Virus record (IMG/VR): IMGVR_UViG_3300025368_000003
Span: 1-42,665 of that record
Source of the DNA: a virus
Taxonomy: Duplodnaviria > Caudoviricetes
Reading direction: 5' to 3' (one strand)
Length of the DNA stretch: 42,665 bases
Shown here: piece by piece, positions 7,301 to 15,958 of the stretch
Numbering within the stretch: position 1 is the stretch's first letter
Layout: each line of letters starts with the position of its first letter
Notes under the pieces: model-generated
Told to the model about the DNA's origin: nothing
What the model saw: only the letters and a program-made list of their open reading frames with translations
Database searches by the model: none
Program-made: the position numbers and the translations under genes

Positions 7301-10082
7301 TGAGGACTTGGGAGATTATGTAAAGCCTCACCTAGATGAGATTCGCACGGCATCTGAAAAGTATCTTGATAAAACAACCAATCAAGTAGCGAAAGGACAA
7401 GCCCCTAAAGTCAAGGAAGCAAGAAAAAAGTCAGAAGCAAAGCCCAAGGCAGAACCTCGCAAGAAGGTTGGTGAAATGACCGGGGATGAGCTTGTTGATC
7501 GTTACTCATCACAGCTTGCTGAAAGCAAAGAAGACCCCTTGGTACTTGGCAACTCAATTAGAAAAATTGCAAAGGCGCTCATCAAGAAGGATGTTGATGC
7601 TGGGGTTAAGACCAATCGAAGTGAGTTAGTCACCAAGGTTCACGATATTGTTTCCAAAGAACTAGGAGAAGGGTGGGAACTAAAGAACACAATGGATGCC
7701 ATATCTGGATATGGTGTGTATAAGCAACTTTCCAAGACTGAAGTTAATCAAAGATTTAATGAGATAAGTGGAGTTCTTCAACAACTTGGCAAGATTGGTG
7801 ATTTGCTAAAGGGTGAACCTCCTAAAAAGACCGGAGCAGAACGCAGGACGCAACAAGCAGATGAACGACTATTAGCCAAAAAGGTTAATGCGTTAGTGAA
7901 GAAGCTTGGCATTGTGGTAAAAGATCCAGAGACTCAACTCAAGGGGGCATTAGATTCTATCCGCACTCGATTTAAGAACGAGATTGCAGAGCTGAATGTA
8001 AGGATCAAAACAGGGGAGCGTAAGGCAGCCAGGGAAAACATTCCATACCCGCCTGACATTATTGAGCTAAAAGCCCAACGTGATGCATTGCAAAAGGAAT
8101 TTGATGGCATTCACGGCAAGAGAGAGGCCAGCATGGAGCAAAAGATTGCCAGTGCGGAGAAGATGTATGACCGGCAAATTCAAGATTTACAGAGTCAGAT
8201 TAATCGTGGAGAGGTGTATCAAGTCGCCAGAGAGGGTGAAAAGATTACCAGCGCCAAGATTGAAGCTCAAAAAGCACAACTTGAAAGCCTCCGGGCTGAA
8301 CGGAAAGCAATGCAGGACGCTGATTCCGTTAGGAAGGAATACACAAAGCAGATAAATATCCAGAAAAAGATTGATGCTGTCACCAAGCAATTAAAAGAAA
8401 AAACACTACCTCCTAAAAAGGGAGTTAGGGTGGAACCTCCCACAAAGGAGGTTGCTGGATTGCAAAAACAACTTGATGACCTTATTGCCCAACGGAAAGA
8501 CGAGGTTTGGTATCAAGCGGCAAAGGAACAAGCGGCATTGCAATCTTACAAATCCAGACAACTCAAACGCATTGCCGAATACCAGAGAATTCTTGACGAG
8601 CAGGATTTCACTAAAAAGGAACGCAAGCCAACGCCCTTGGATGATGAAGCCAGAGCGCAGAGACTCAAGCTTGAGGAACTTAAAGACGAGATTCGCCAAT
8701 CTCACACATTGAGAGAATGGGAGAATCGAACCAAACTAGAAAAAGCCTTGGATGCAGTGGTCAAGTGGAAGAGATTTGCGGTTCTTGGTTATCTGGGAAC
8801 TCTCACAAAGCTCACCGCCTCATCTTTTGCCATTCCTCTTGTAAGGGTTCCATCTGAAGCCGCCGGCGCTGTCTTGAAGAGAATTCCAATCATTCGTGAT
8901 GTGGCGTTGAGATCCAGACAGGAATATGGAGGCAAAATTAGCAATGATGTGAAGCTGTACTCTCAGGGACTATGGGAGGGGGTAAAGGAAGCCAAAAAAA
9001 TTGCAATTGATTTGGGTCGTTCTCAACTTGATCTGGAATATGGAGATGGAAGTAAAATTCCTCTTGGTGCTTTGGATGTGCCGGGGAAAATCCACGAAGC
9101 CTTAAAGAACCCAACCAAACTGGCGAATTACAAACTTGGAGTGTCTCGATATTTGGATTGGGCGGCTCGTAATGGGTTTGATATTGAAGACCCGGTAGTG
9201 AAGCAACAGGCGGGAATTGAAGGCTACAAGGCCGCTAATCGTTCCATCTTCATGCAGGATAACAAGCTGGTTAATCAATTCAACTTGCTGGTTAGCAACT
9301 TGAGAAATAGCGAAAACCTTGGAACTCGCATCACTGGTGCTGCCCTTCAAGAGTTCTTGCCCATCGTTAAGATCCCATCCAACATTGTTTCTGAAGTGTT
9401 TGAGTATCAGTTTGGATCTCTTACAGGAGGAGCTAAATTGATAAAGGCTATCCAGAATGGTTTGGATAAACTCTCCCCGGAAGAAGCTGATGTGATCATG
9501 AGGCAACTCAAGAAGGGAAGTGTGGGATTGGCGGCTATGGCAATTGGAGCGGCTCTTCCAGATTTATTTGGTGGATTCTATAGAAAAGGAGTTGATAAGG
9601 ATGAGGAATCACCGGATTACGGAGGCATTAGCGTGGGAGGAGTGAAGATTGGTAAGAACTTCCTGCACAATCCTGCTTTTGTCGCATTTCAGATTGGAGC
9701 CACCATTAGGAAAATTTGGGAAGATTCAATTGATGAAACTTCTGGACTTGGTGAAATGACAACTACTGCGGCTTTTGCGGCAGCTAATGCCCAGCTTGGA
9801 CTCCTTGAAGAATTGCCATTCGTTAGCTTCTCTAGGAACGTGGGTCAGTATATTGATCCTAATAAGATGGGTGCAAATCTTGGAGGATTCGTTAAGTCCA
9901 ACATCCCTGGGTTTGTTCAAGAATTTGCTCAAGCTGGTGACATTCCAGAGGGAAGCTGGATGGACGGCTTAATATCGTTGCTAGGCTATAAGGGGAAGGT
10001 TACAAAGAGGGTCGCTGATGACTTTACAAGCCAGATTGAGTCTGGTCTGCCTGTTTTCCGCAATCAATTAGAAGAGAAATAA
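4371..10082 (+). CDS. Giant internal virion / DNA-ejection protein (1903 aa)
   Basis: N-terminal DIFD repeats, Gly/Ala hydrophobic segment, long coiled coils, hydrophobic helical C-terminus; position as in podovirus ejection operons. Confidence 0.7.
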   Translation: MADIFDKLTTQKQDAPQRDIFDSILANKQGGDNNSEKDINQSEANSNRNEGRKGNEQVQSSDEGGVQASEQRIQTYAQQRMRQNGSSGNASQQNEALLSKGDIFDQLASKGGGKIEKGKQINVQAKDGGKGQKDGQGLRLQSNAGNEAEITDEKGGVQSPTQNYLQRLVSSAKENPSEALTAAGASAAESGVALGVGSVAGKAAGSLAGRLLGSVAAAAAVPLVVGETAATGGLGALAVPAIEMGAFAAGSYLGDKATQLIEKMIGADKAIEQAKEDNPELAQVASLATMAPMAVGSLTNLAKMGAKEAGKQIIGGAIGGAAFEPVRYGVESALKAVTGSDQDVSPITLGSEAESALFGAVLSAHGAREIEKTIGPATARAAVETETNPAIEEKQKARQAEIESSVAELTKGTEYATKTGEEQKGGVSEYPYGNEAWKATETGYSHSLEPSEEGQEEVKGNRIYAAAYRDPETGIVHIGEDHETAETKAGKEPETDPSKRNTPNHGFVTELGEFISREDAERIARANDQYKGNISGQPVMHSTDTALDIEKEKAAEPAPAEEEAPKPRQLGGAAAVGEFEKNNVVEATRLLRDSPTSFDRNNPADFEKFKKEYTANFDEGTFEGEQGEATLKQIYDKAHDAFEIHDKSKGTIPIEKAVDQVGVQEKPAGVIATKNAQINEQRAKNGLPPVLPGREITNQASWNEAARRMQEDPQYASSLVTKLKEKPSAVSAEDELVVAQHLGELQHEQDQLLERHNKETDPDLKRNLRDQLDDNLKKIDDASQVYRHVGTEASGALRVRRILAAADFSLPRLLARRQKAEGRELTDRERREEADKAEKYKDQQRKVDEAAIKAKEANQNGDIDSFIDQATSEAKTEKAKAKITPEKKPFEPVKINIAPEEAPAVPMEPAIAKIVEKIKTILNDQANSARERIRQRRREGRLMTGLDPTDLADHAIIGADYIIKGFSEIASWGAKMIEDLGDYVKPHLDEIRTASEKYLDKTTNQVAKGQAPKVKEARKKSEAKPKAEPRKKVGEMTGDELVDRYSSQLAESKEDPLVLGNSIRKIAKALIKKDVDAGVKTNRSELVTKVHDIVSKELGEGWELKNTMDAISGYGVYKQLSKTEVNQRFNEISGVLQQLGKIGDLLKGEPPKKTGAERRTQQADERLLAKKVNALVKKLGIVVKDPETQLKGALDSIRTRFKNEIAELNVRIKTGERKAARENIPYPPDIIELKAQRDALQKEFDGIHGKREASMEQKIASAEKMYDRQIQDLQSQINRGEVYQVAREGEKITSAKIEAQKAQLESLRAERKAMQDADSVRKEYTKQINIQKKIDAVTKQLKEKTLPPKKGVRVEPPTKEVAGLQKQLDDLIAQRKDEVWYQAAKEQAALQSYKSRQLKRIAEYQRILDEQDFTKKERKPTPLDDEARAQRLKLEELKDEIRQSHTLREWENRTKLEKALDAVVKWKRFAVLGYLGTLTKLTASSFAIPLVRVPSEAAGAVLKRIPIIRDVALRSRQEYGGKISNDVKLYSQGLWEGVKEAKKIAIDLGRSQLDLEYGDGSKIPLGALDVPGKIHEALKNPTKLANYKLGVSRYLDWAARNGFDIEDPVVKQQAGIEGYKAANRSIFMQDNKLVNQFNLLVSNLRNSENLGTRITGAALQEFLPIVKIPSNIVSEVFEYQFGSLTGGAKLIKAIQNGLDKLSPEEADVIMRQLKKGSVGLAAMAIGAALPDLFGGFYRKGVDKDEESPDYGGISVGGVKIGKNFLHNPAFVAFQIGATIRKIWEDSIDETSGLGEMTTTAAFAAANAQLGLLEELPFVSFSRNVGQYIDPNKMGANLGGFVKSNIPGFVQEFAQAGDIPEGSWMDGLISLLGYKGKVTKRVADDFTSQIESGLPVFRNQLEEK
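4474..4665 (+). CDS. Nested +1-frame basic protein, 63 aa (MKKTSISQKPTRIAMRDEK...)
   Basis: AAGGAGGTGA at 4456-4465, GTG 8 nt later, TAA at 4663-4665. Confidence 0.55.
   Translation: MKKTSISQKPTRIAMRDEKATNKSNLPMKEGYKPANNAFKHTPNSVCGRTVPVAMQANKMKLC
4714..4821 (+). CDS. Nested +1-frame Lys/Met-rich peptide, 35 aa (MKKASKSMSKPKMEAKGKKMGKGYDSKAMRGTKRK)
   Basis: AAGGAGGTG at 4699-4707, TTG at 4714, TAA at 4819-4821, then an 8-bp hairpin at 4832-4854. Confidence 0.55.
   Translation: MKKASKSMSKPKMEAKGKKMGKGYDSKAMRGTKRK
5614..5745 (+). CDS. Nested +1-frame basic protein, 43 aa (MPLKQGKSKKAVSANIRTEMKHGKPQKQAIAIALSQARKAKKK)
   Basis: AAAGGA upstream and ATG start; matches the pattern of a common small phage protein (MPLKKGKS..IS.NI..EM..GKPQKQAVAIALS; DUF6496-like from memory). 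Confidence 0.75.
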   Translation: MPLKQGKSKKAVSANIRTEMKHGKPQKQAIAIALSQARKAKKK

Positions 10083-12415
10083 TGCCAACTTCCAAACAAC
10101 CTCGATTCCCCCATCCTCCCTTAGAGCAGGGAGTGGCGCAGTATCCTACGCCGGTTATCCCAGATTTCATTACTCAGTCTGGGCATATCATCTTGGTGGA
10201 GAAGGTTAGTGCAGAGAAGGGCAATTACAATCCTCAATCTCCTGCCGTTAGCGATACCAACCCTGTAATCTACACAGGAAGGGATGCAAATAAATGGCCT
10301 TCCACTCTTTATTTGGTTCACATAAGGCCAGATGAAACTGGAGAGTTTGTCTATCGCTACTGGGCTAATGATCGCACGTTGGCTTCTCAAGATCCGTGGA
10401 ACTACGGAATTGCTTATTCTGGTGGTGATCCGATGTATCCAACTTATACGAGAGAGTATATTGTCCCCAGAAGTCAATACGCATCCGTTGCAGTGGGAGG
10501 ACAAGATCCTGTGTTTGGAGCTGGTCAGGGAGTAACGTTAAATATTAGTGGAACAACTGCCACCATCACTGGAACCAATTTTAGTTATGCAGTGGGGGCG
10601 ACGATTTACGTTTATACCCAAAGCACGACTACGCAGACCACTCAACAGAAATATGCGTTAGGTTCTTTCCCTCTGCTCACTGCTTCTGCCACTACTCTCA
10701 CTTACGCAGTTCAGTCTGGAGCTACCAATCCAAGCATCCCTGTTTTCATTAACCCCACTGTTATTTCGGAACAACAGATGGAACCCCTTGGGGAAGACAA
10801 TCCGCTTCGTTCTCGATATGTAAAGGTGAAAAGGGTGTATGAACCCATTCCTAGCACAGTATTGGTAACTAATGAATTTAAGCCGGGGTTAATGGGGATT
10901 ACAGCTAAGAATGATCAGCTTGTTAATGCCACAACCAATCCCAATCCATTAAGTGTTGCGAATCCCATCACCAATGGAAATCAAAGTGTTTTGGCTTCAA
11001 CTGTTGAGCATATCAGTGCCAACAAGTCAAATCTTACCACAGTCATCACTACCGGCCCCTATAGCCTCTCTGGGGACTCTTTAAACAAATATGGCACTAC
11101 GGAGACCATAACGGAATCAATCGTTGCCGCAGGAACTGCAGCCACAACTAGCGGGTCATTGCTTGTAAGTGATGAGATCAGTCCTATTGATTCAACAAAG
11201 TCCCAGAGGAAGCAAGTGGTGATGGACAGCGTTCCCCCTGCTCTTGTTACTTACGAATCCACGGCAGACAATGCGATTGTTCAGAATGTGACTAGTCATC
11301 TGAGTCGCAACATATCTAGCGGAGTGGGAGCTTTCACCCAGCCAATCACTCCAGCTTCACAAGTTGTTTATTATCCAACTGCCGCCACATCAAGCAACGC
11401 TGGTGCATCTGGATACGCCACCCTCACGTTTTCTGCTCTTCCAAATATCGCAGTGGGTGACTTGGTGTCCATGTCTGGAGTGTTTGCAAGCGGATGGGGG
11501 CTTCCCAACGTCACGGCAACTGGAGTTTTAAATGGATACGCCACCTTAACTTTTGCGTCTTTAGCATCTACAGACGTAGTAGTGGGAGATCAAATTAGGA
11601 TTAGTGGTCAATCTAATAATGGATGGGCGGTTGGAACCTACACCGCAACCGCAGTGTATCTTTCCACTAAAGTTGTTGTGTTGAGCTTGCCAGTAACTGG
11701 AGCATCCGGCCCAACAGGATACGCACAAAACACTACCACTAAGTATGCAGTCACGGCAGTTGACACTACGAATTTCATTATTACGTTAAGCTTGCCTGTG
11801 GTAAATGATTCAACTAACGGCGGAACTGGTAATTATACAATCACTCAAAACAATAGCAGATTGCTTCAAACATCTGATTCTGATATTGGGTTTCCTTGGG
11901 TTAGGAGAATTAGCAAGTATCTTCCAACGGCCTACACTTCTGTAAATGGCTATGTGCAATTGCCACCACCTCGAACTGAATACAAAACAGCTCAATTCAG
12001 TTTTCCGGGACTAATATACACTTGGGGTGACACTTCTAGCGGCACTACAGCAACTTTCACATACCCTCAAAACAGATTGCCTCTTGATATAACTTGCACT
12101 CAAAAGCACGTTTATACATATTATGATTATCAGCCAAATGTTTCGTCATTGAAATTCTTTAAGGTTGTTGCACAGCCTTGGGCAATTAAGTTCTTTGGTA
12201 TTCCTAAAAATACAATTCATCCTGCGGCTCCTGTTTCATTTAAAAATGATTCATCAACAGACAATGGGGTGACTTATGGAATTTTTGGAGGACAAGCATC
12301 CACGCCGTCCACTTATAAGATAGGTCAACAGATTCTCATTGGAGCTGATGTTCAGCTATGGCAAGGTGGAATTTATGTTCAGCGCCTCATCTACACTCAA
12401 GAACCTTTAAGTTAA
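10082..12415 (+). CDS. Ser/Thr-rich tail protein with inserted beta-barrel domains
   Basis: 777 aa beta-rich ORF; duplicated GYATLTF(S/A)(A/S)L...VGD module; TAATG coupling to the upstream gene. Confidence 0.6.
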   Translation: MPTSKQPRFPHPPLEQGVAQYPTPVIPDFITQSGHIILVEKVSAEKGNYNPQSPAVSDTNPVIYTGRDANKWPSTLYLVHIRPDETGEFVYRYWANDRTLASQDPWNYGIAYSGGDPMYPTYTREYIVPRSQYASVAVGGQDPVFGAGQGVTLNISGTTATITGTNFSYAVGATIYVYTQSTTTQTTQQKYALGSFPLLTASATTLTYAVQSGATNPSIPVFINPTVISEQQMEPLGEDNPLRSRYVKVKRVYEPIPSTVLVTNEFKPGLMGITAKNDQLVNATTNPNPLSVANPITNGNQSVLASTVEHISANKSNLTTVITTGPYSLSGDSLNKYGTTETITESIVAAGTAATTSGSLLVSDEISPIDSTKSQRKQVVMDSVPPALVTYESTADNAIVQNVTSHLSRNISSGVGAFTQPITPASQVVYYPTAATSSNAGASGYATLTFSALPNIAVGDLVSMSGVFASGWGLPNVTATGVLNGYATLTFASLASTDVVVGDQIRISGQSNNGWAVGTYTATAVYLSTKVVVLSLPVTGASGPTGYAQNTTTKYAVTAVDTTNFIITLSLPVVNDSTNGGTGNYTITQNNSRLLQTSDSDIGFPWVRRISKYLPTAYTSVNGYVQLPPPRTEYKTAQFSFPGLIYTWGDTSSGTTATFTYPQNRLPLDITCTQKHVYTYYDYQPNVSSLKFFKVVAQPWAIKFFGIPKNTIHPAAPVSFKNDSSTDNGVTYGIFGGQASTPSTYKIGQQILIGADVQLWQGGIYVQRLIYTQEPLS

Positions 12416-12419
12416 TATT

Positions 12420-12851
12420 ATGGCATTTTCTACAGTAACGGCTAAATATTCAGAGTCTGCTGGAGCTGGAACATTAACAGTTCAAGCCGGGGGAGGCACA
12501 GTTGCCGCAGATCAATTGTATTATGTTACCCTTACAGGATATACCACCACAGGAACCGGCGGTGTTCTAAGCCCCTCTTCTTGGTTTATTACATGGGAAC
12601 AAACCACATCCACAGTTGGATATGCTAACGGAGTTGCTCCATCTGTTCCTAGTGAAATTTATATTAATCAATATCCAACCAATACTACAAATAACGATAT
12701 TTATAATTTTGTATTGAAGCCTAATGGACTTTGGACTTTGACTTTTGTTAAGGCATCTACTACAACAACACATCCGGTATCGGTATTTTTTGTGGGATAC
12801 GACAACGTAAATAACCTTACCTATACTAAACAAGTATCATTGTCCATCTAA
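12420..12851 (+). CDS. Thr-rich beta-sandwich virion protein (putative)
   Basis: 143 aa; composition like neighbouring tail genes. Confidence 0.5.
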   Translation: MAFSTVTAKYSESAGAGTLTVQAGGGTVAADQLYYVTLTGYTTTGTGGVLSPSSWFITWEQTTSTVGYANGVAPSVPSEIYINQYPTNTTNNDIYNFVLKPNGLWTLTFVKASTTTTHPVSVFFVGYDNVNNLTYTKQVSLSI

Positions 12852-13201
12852 TGCAACCTAGACATAGATTTGAAGAAGAGCCATTTTCTCAAACGTCTGG
12901 TACTTCTTATGTGGGAGATAGGATTTCCAACGCAGAGTCATTTGATCCTTTAGTTGATATTCAGAGTCAGATTAATGCAATCACTCCTAGTGGTGGTCTT
13001 GCGGCACAAGTTGCGGCTAACACTGCGGCAATCGCAACTCTCAACACGGAAGTAGCAACACTTAATACTGAAGTTTCTACAATATCAGACGCTGGGAGTG
13101 CTTCTTTTCAACAAGCTTATATTTCTATAGATGCAGGAGTCACATATTTGCCATTAACCACCGAGGGCGGAACTCCTTTATATGTTTGGGCGCACACATA
13201 A
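12851..13201 (+). CDS. Short coiled-coil virion protein (tail needle/fibre-like, putative)
   Basis: Heptad repeat IATLNTEVATLNTEVSTI. Confidence 0.45.
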   Translation: MQPRHRFEEEPFSQTSGTSYVGDRISNAESFDPLVDIQSQINAITPSGGLAAQVAANTAAIATLNTEVATLNTEVSTISDAGSASFQQAYISIDAGVTYLPLTTEGGTPLYVWAHT

Positions 13202-13245
13202 TCCTTGACTCAATAATTGATACATCGTAAGCAACCTTCATTGAA

Positions 13246-14262
13246 ATGATTGTTGCGATCTCATACCACGATGGGGATAGGGAGCTAATGAAGCGTTGGG
13301 CTAACCACGTTGAGAAACTTGGCCCTTATCCAAACCACAAGATAATTGTTGCTCCGGTTAGGAGAAGCTCCACTGAAGGCATTATAGAACCTTTAGAGCG
13401 CTGTTTTGGAGGAGTGAGAGTGGAGTGGTGTACGCACATGGAATCTGGTTGGCCTCTTTCTTGCAACATGGCATTTGAGACTATTGCCTGGGCAATGGAA
13501 CTCACTTGGAAAGCTCCTTTTCTCTTTATGGAGCCAGATGCCATCCCCCTTAAAAAGGGATGGATTGATGCCATTGAAGCTGAATACAAGGCTTGCGGAA
13601 AACCATTCATGGGCGATTATGTGGATTGTCAGAGCTATGAGGCTTACAAGAATGTACCAAATCACATGAGCGGAATTGCCGTTTATACTAATGATCTTTC
13701 TGTTCACGCCCCTTCCATCTATCGCAATGAGCGTTTGGCTTGGGACATAGCTTCTGCAAGAGACGTTGTTCCCCGGATGCATCGCACTCATCTTATCCAG
13801 CACGACTTTGATACTAAAAACAATACTTGGCGCAGGGACAATGTGACTAAAGACCTTGTTAGAAGTGATGCCGTTATCTATCATCCCGATAAGAAGGGCG
13901 TTTTAATGGAAGATTCTCCGAATGGTACGCAGGGAGATCCTGCGGCGGGTGGTGACTTGGTTGCTCACAAGCCTCATGAAACAAAGGAAGTCTTAATTAG
14001 CAGCAAGGAAATTCCCGCCGGCACACCAGAAGCAGAAGAGCAAGCCATTTTAAAAGCCCTAAACATACTATCTTTCCATGCCTCCATCAGCCCCAAAAAC
14101 AAAAAGAAAATCAAGGAATGGCTCTGCGAAAGGGGCTTCAGTTCCAAAGCCAAGAGTGCCGTCAAGCCTCGAAAGAAAGTTCGATCTAATCTGGGCAAGC
14201 ATAAACGGACAAAGGTTGGAAGTGGAATTCAAGTTCCATCCAACCAGGAAGTGGAGAGCTGA
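13246..14262 (+). CDS. Putative GT-A-fold glycosyltransferase with C-terminal extension
   Basis: N-terminal beta strand MIVAISY, GWP..CN.AF, FLFMEPDAIP (DxD-like), HMSGIAVY, VIYHPDK. Confidence 0.5.
   Translation: MIVAISYHDGDRELMKRWANHVEKLGPYPNHKIIVAPVRRSSTEGIIEPLERCFGGVRVEWCTHMESGWPLSCNMAFETIAWAMELTWKAPFLFMEPDAIPLKKGWIDAIEAEYKACGKPFMGDYVDCQSYEAYKNVPNHMSGIAVYTNDLSVHAPSIYRNERLAWDIASARDVVPRMHRTHLIQHDFDTKNNTWRRDNVTKDLVRSDAVIYHPDKKGVLMEDSPNGTQGDPAAGGDLVAHKPHETKEVLISSKEIPAGTPEAEEQAILKALNILSFHASISPKNKKKIKEWLCERGFSSKAKSAVKPRKKVRSNLGKHKRTKVGSGIQVPSNQEVES
13910..13994 (+). ncRNA. Candidate structured RNA element, copy 1 (inside CDS)
   Basis: Closing stem, CGCAGGGAGATCCTGCG hairpin, second stem, TGAAACA; second copy at 36296-36367. 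Confidence 0.5.
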
Positions 14263-14467
14263 TTACGTTCATCACAATTCCCTCACCCTTATAGAGATTG
14301 AGGGAGGAGCTTGGGGAGGAAGGCATAGCCGGGGCGGCGGATTCCTTAAAGATGCAGAGAAATACCTAGAAGCCGCAAAGCTTGGTTATCTAGTCATTCG
14401 CCTCACATCTCCGTTAATTACGATAGAAAATTGCGAGTGGATTAAAGAATTGATAGAATCTCGTTGA
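14078..14467 (+). CDS. DUF559/Vsr-like PD-(D/E)XK endonuclease
   Basis: EFKFHPTRKWRADY, LIEIEGG, GRHSRGGGFLKDAEKY.EA..LGY.VIR pattern. Confidence 0.85.
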   Translation: MPPSAPKTKRKSRNGSAKGASVPKPRVPSSLERKFDLIWASINGQRLEVEFKFHPTRKWRADYVHHNSLTLIEIEGGAWGGRHSRGGGFLKDAEKYLEAAKLGYLVIRLTSPLITIENCEWIKELIESR

Positions 14468-14502
14468 TTAGTTGATATTGATTGTAGTAGTTGGTTGGAT
14501 AA

Positions 14503-14589
14503 CGTAAGTGGGGTCGTTTCCACAAATAAGGCGTATGGAGGGGTCGCTGCTTCCGAAAAATAGGATTAACGCTAGTTGATCCGCAACTA
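14503..14589 (+). promoter_or_regulatory. Structured 5' leader of the capsid gene
   Basis: Two tandem CGTA-hairpin(GGGGTCG)-AAATA(A)GG units and a third hairpin TAGTTG-atccg-CAACTA. Confidence 0.45.
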
Positions 14590-14616
14590 AACTCAACTCA
14601 CTTATTATTTAATTTT

Positions 14617-15864
14617 ATGGCAACAATCGCTTGCGCAACAGTTAATGATCTGTTCCAGAGGGAAACCAATCGTTTCTCGGTGGACGTTCATGAACGCTAT
14701 TCCGTGGACGGCCCTTGGGGTCGCCTTGTCCGTGTTGGCAAATTCCCTCAAGGAATGGGCACGACCCTCACTGAAGTTACCATTGAGCGTGTGCTTTCTG
14801 GAAGCTTTGAAAACAGTTGGACAAACGTTGGAACAAACGCCGCCCTTCCCGCTTCGGGAACCCAGGGTGTTGGTTGTGTTCCTGCTCCTACTGCCCTTAA
14901 CTTCGGTCAGACTCAGCGCACATGGCAGCTCCAGACCACGAGTTATGAGACCCCTTGCATCTGCTTGGACGATCTCAAGACTGCGTTCCAAATCGAGAGC
15001 CAGATCGCCAAGACTGTCCAACAGCTCACTCAACTCACCAAGACCGTATTGGACAACCGCCGCCGTTCTGAGTACCTTCGTCAGGTTACCAAGTATGTCT
15101 CAGGTTCCAACACGCAATACACCGGCACGACCGCCCCTAGCGCCACGGCTGGAGACACGAACCTTAACTACGCCAACTCTGGTGGAGTTATTCCTCAGCC
15201 TGCTTATCAGCTTTCGCAAGATCAGCTTGATGAACTTCGTGTTCAACTCATCCGTGATGGTGCTGGTCACAATGCTCTTGGTAAGGAGAACGGAACCCCT
15301 GTTCTTGGTCTTATCACCAGCCCTGAGACGAGCCGCCAGTTGCTTCGTAACAACCCTGATCTCCGTCAGGATATTCGTTACGCAACTCCTAGCGAGCTTA
15401 TCGCTCCTCTTGGTGTTGAGCGTTCCTTCCAAGGTTACTATCACATGATTGACCTTGAGGTTCCTCGCTACACCTACACTGGTGGTGCGTATGTCCAGCA
15501 GTATCCCTTCGTTCAGTCCAGCACGACGAATGGTTATCAGTGGACTCCTAACTCCGCATATAACACGGCTCCTTACGAGGCTGCTTTCATCTTCCACCCA
15601 GATGTGTATGAAGAGGCAGTTCAGCAAGTTGGGCCAAACATCCCCGGTGCGGCGTTTGATGATTATCCGTACTACTACAGCGGTCAGTTTTTCTGGCTGA
15701 ACATTAGGGATGCGGTGAATAACCCACTGGGTAAAATCGGTCGTTGGCTTGCCGTTTTCAACAACGGAACTCGTCCAATTGCTCCTTACCTTGGTGCAGT
15801 TATCATCCACAAACGTTGCGCTTCTGACTACGCTCAGATTGGTTGCTCCGCTTACAGCTCCTAA
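14617..15864 (+). CDS. Major capsid protein (putative)
   Basis: 415 aa, strong high-expression codon bias (CGT/CGC, GGT, ACC, TAC), own leader and strong terminator. Confidence 0.8.
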   Translation: MATIACATVNDLFQRETNRFSVDVHERYSVDGPWGRLVRVGKFPQGMGTTLTEVTIERVLSGSFENSWTNVGTNAALPASGTQGVGCVPAPTALNFGQTQRTWQLQTTSYETPCICLDDLKTAFQIESQIAKTVQQLTQLTKTVLDNRRRSEYLRQVTKYVSGSNTQYTGTTAPSATAGDTNLNYANSGGVIPQPAYQLSQDQLDELRVQLIRDGAGHNALGKENGTPVLGLITSPETSRQLLRNNPDLRQDIRYATPSELIAPLGVERSFQGYYHMIDLEVPRYTYTGGAYVQQYPFVQSSTTNGYQWTPNSAYNTAPYEAAFIFHPDVYEEAVQQVGPNIPGAAFDDYPYYYSGQFFWLNIRDAVNNPLGKIGRWLAVFNNGTRPIAPYLGAVIIHKRCASDYAQIGCSAYSS

Positions 15865-15886
15865 TCAGAGTTAGATAGTTCAAGAG

Positions 15887-15919
15887 AAGCCCTCCCAGAA
15901 ATGGGGGGGCTTTTTCTTT
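15887..15919 (+). terminator. Rho-independent terminator
   Basis: AAGCCCTCCCA-gaaa-TGGGGGGGCTT followed by a T tract. Confidence 0.9.
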
Positions 15920-15958
15920 GCCCTTGACCGATCATCTCACTTCTAATTTACTACCCTC

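Noticed and set aside
5806-8712. Other +1-frame ORFs in the giant gene (5806, 6289, 6811, 8080, 8452)
   Set aside because: Lys/Arg-rich shadows expected from Glu/Ala-rich coding; no properly spaced SD or family pattern, and the host frame looks structured there.
14645-15810. Long alternative ORFs over the capsid gene (14645-15448 +, 15100-15810 -)
   Set aside because: Explained by the capsid gene's strong codon bias; no start signals or recognisable motifs.
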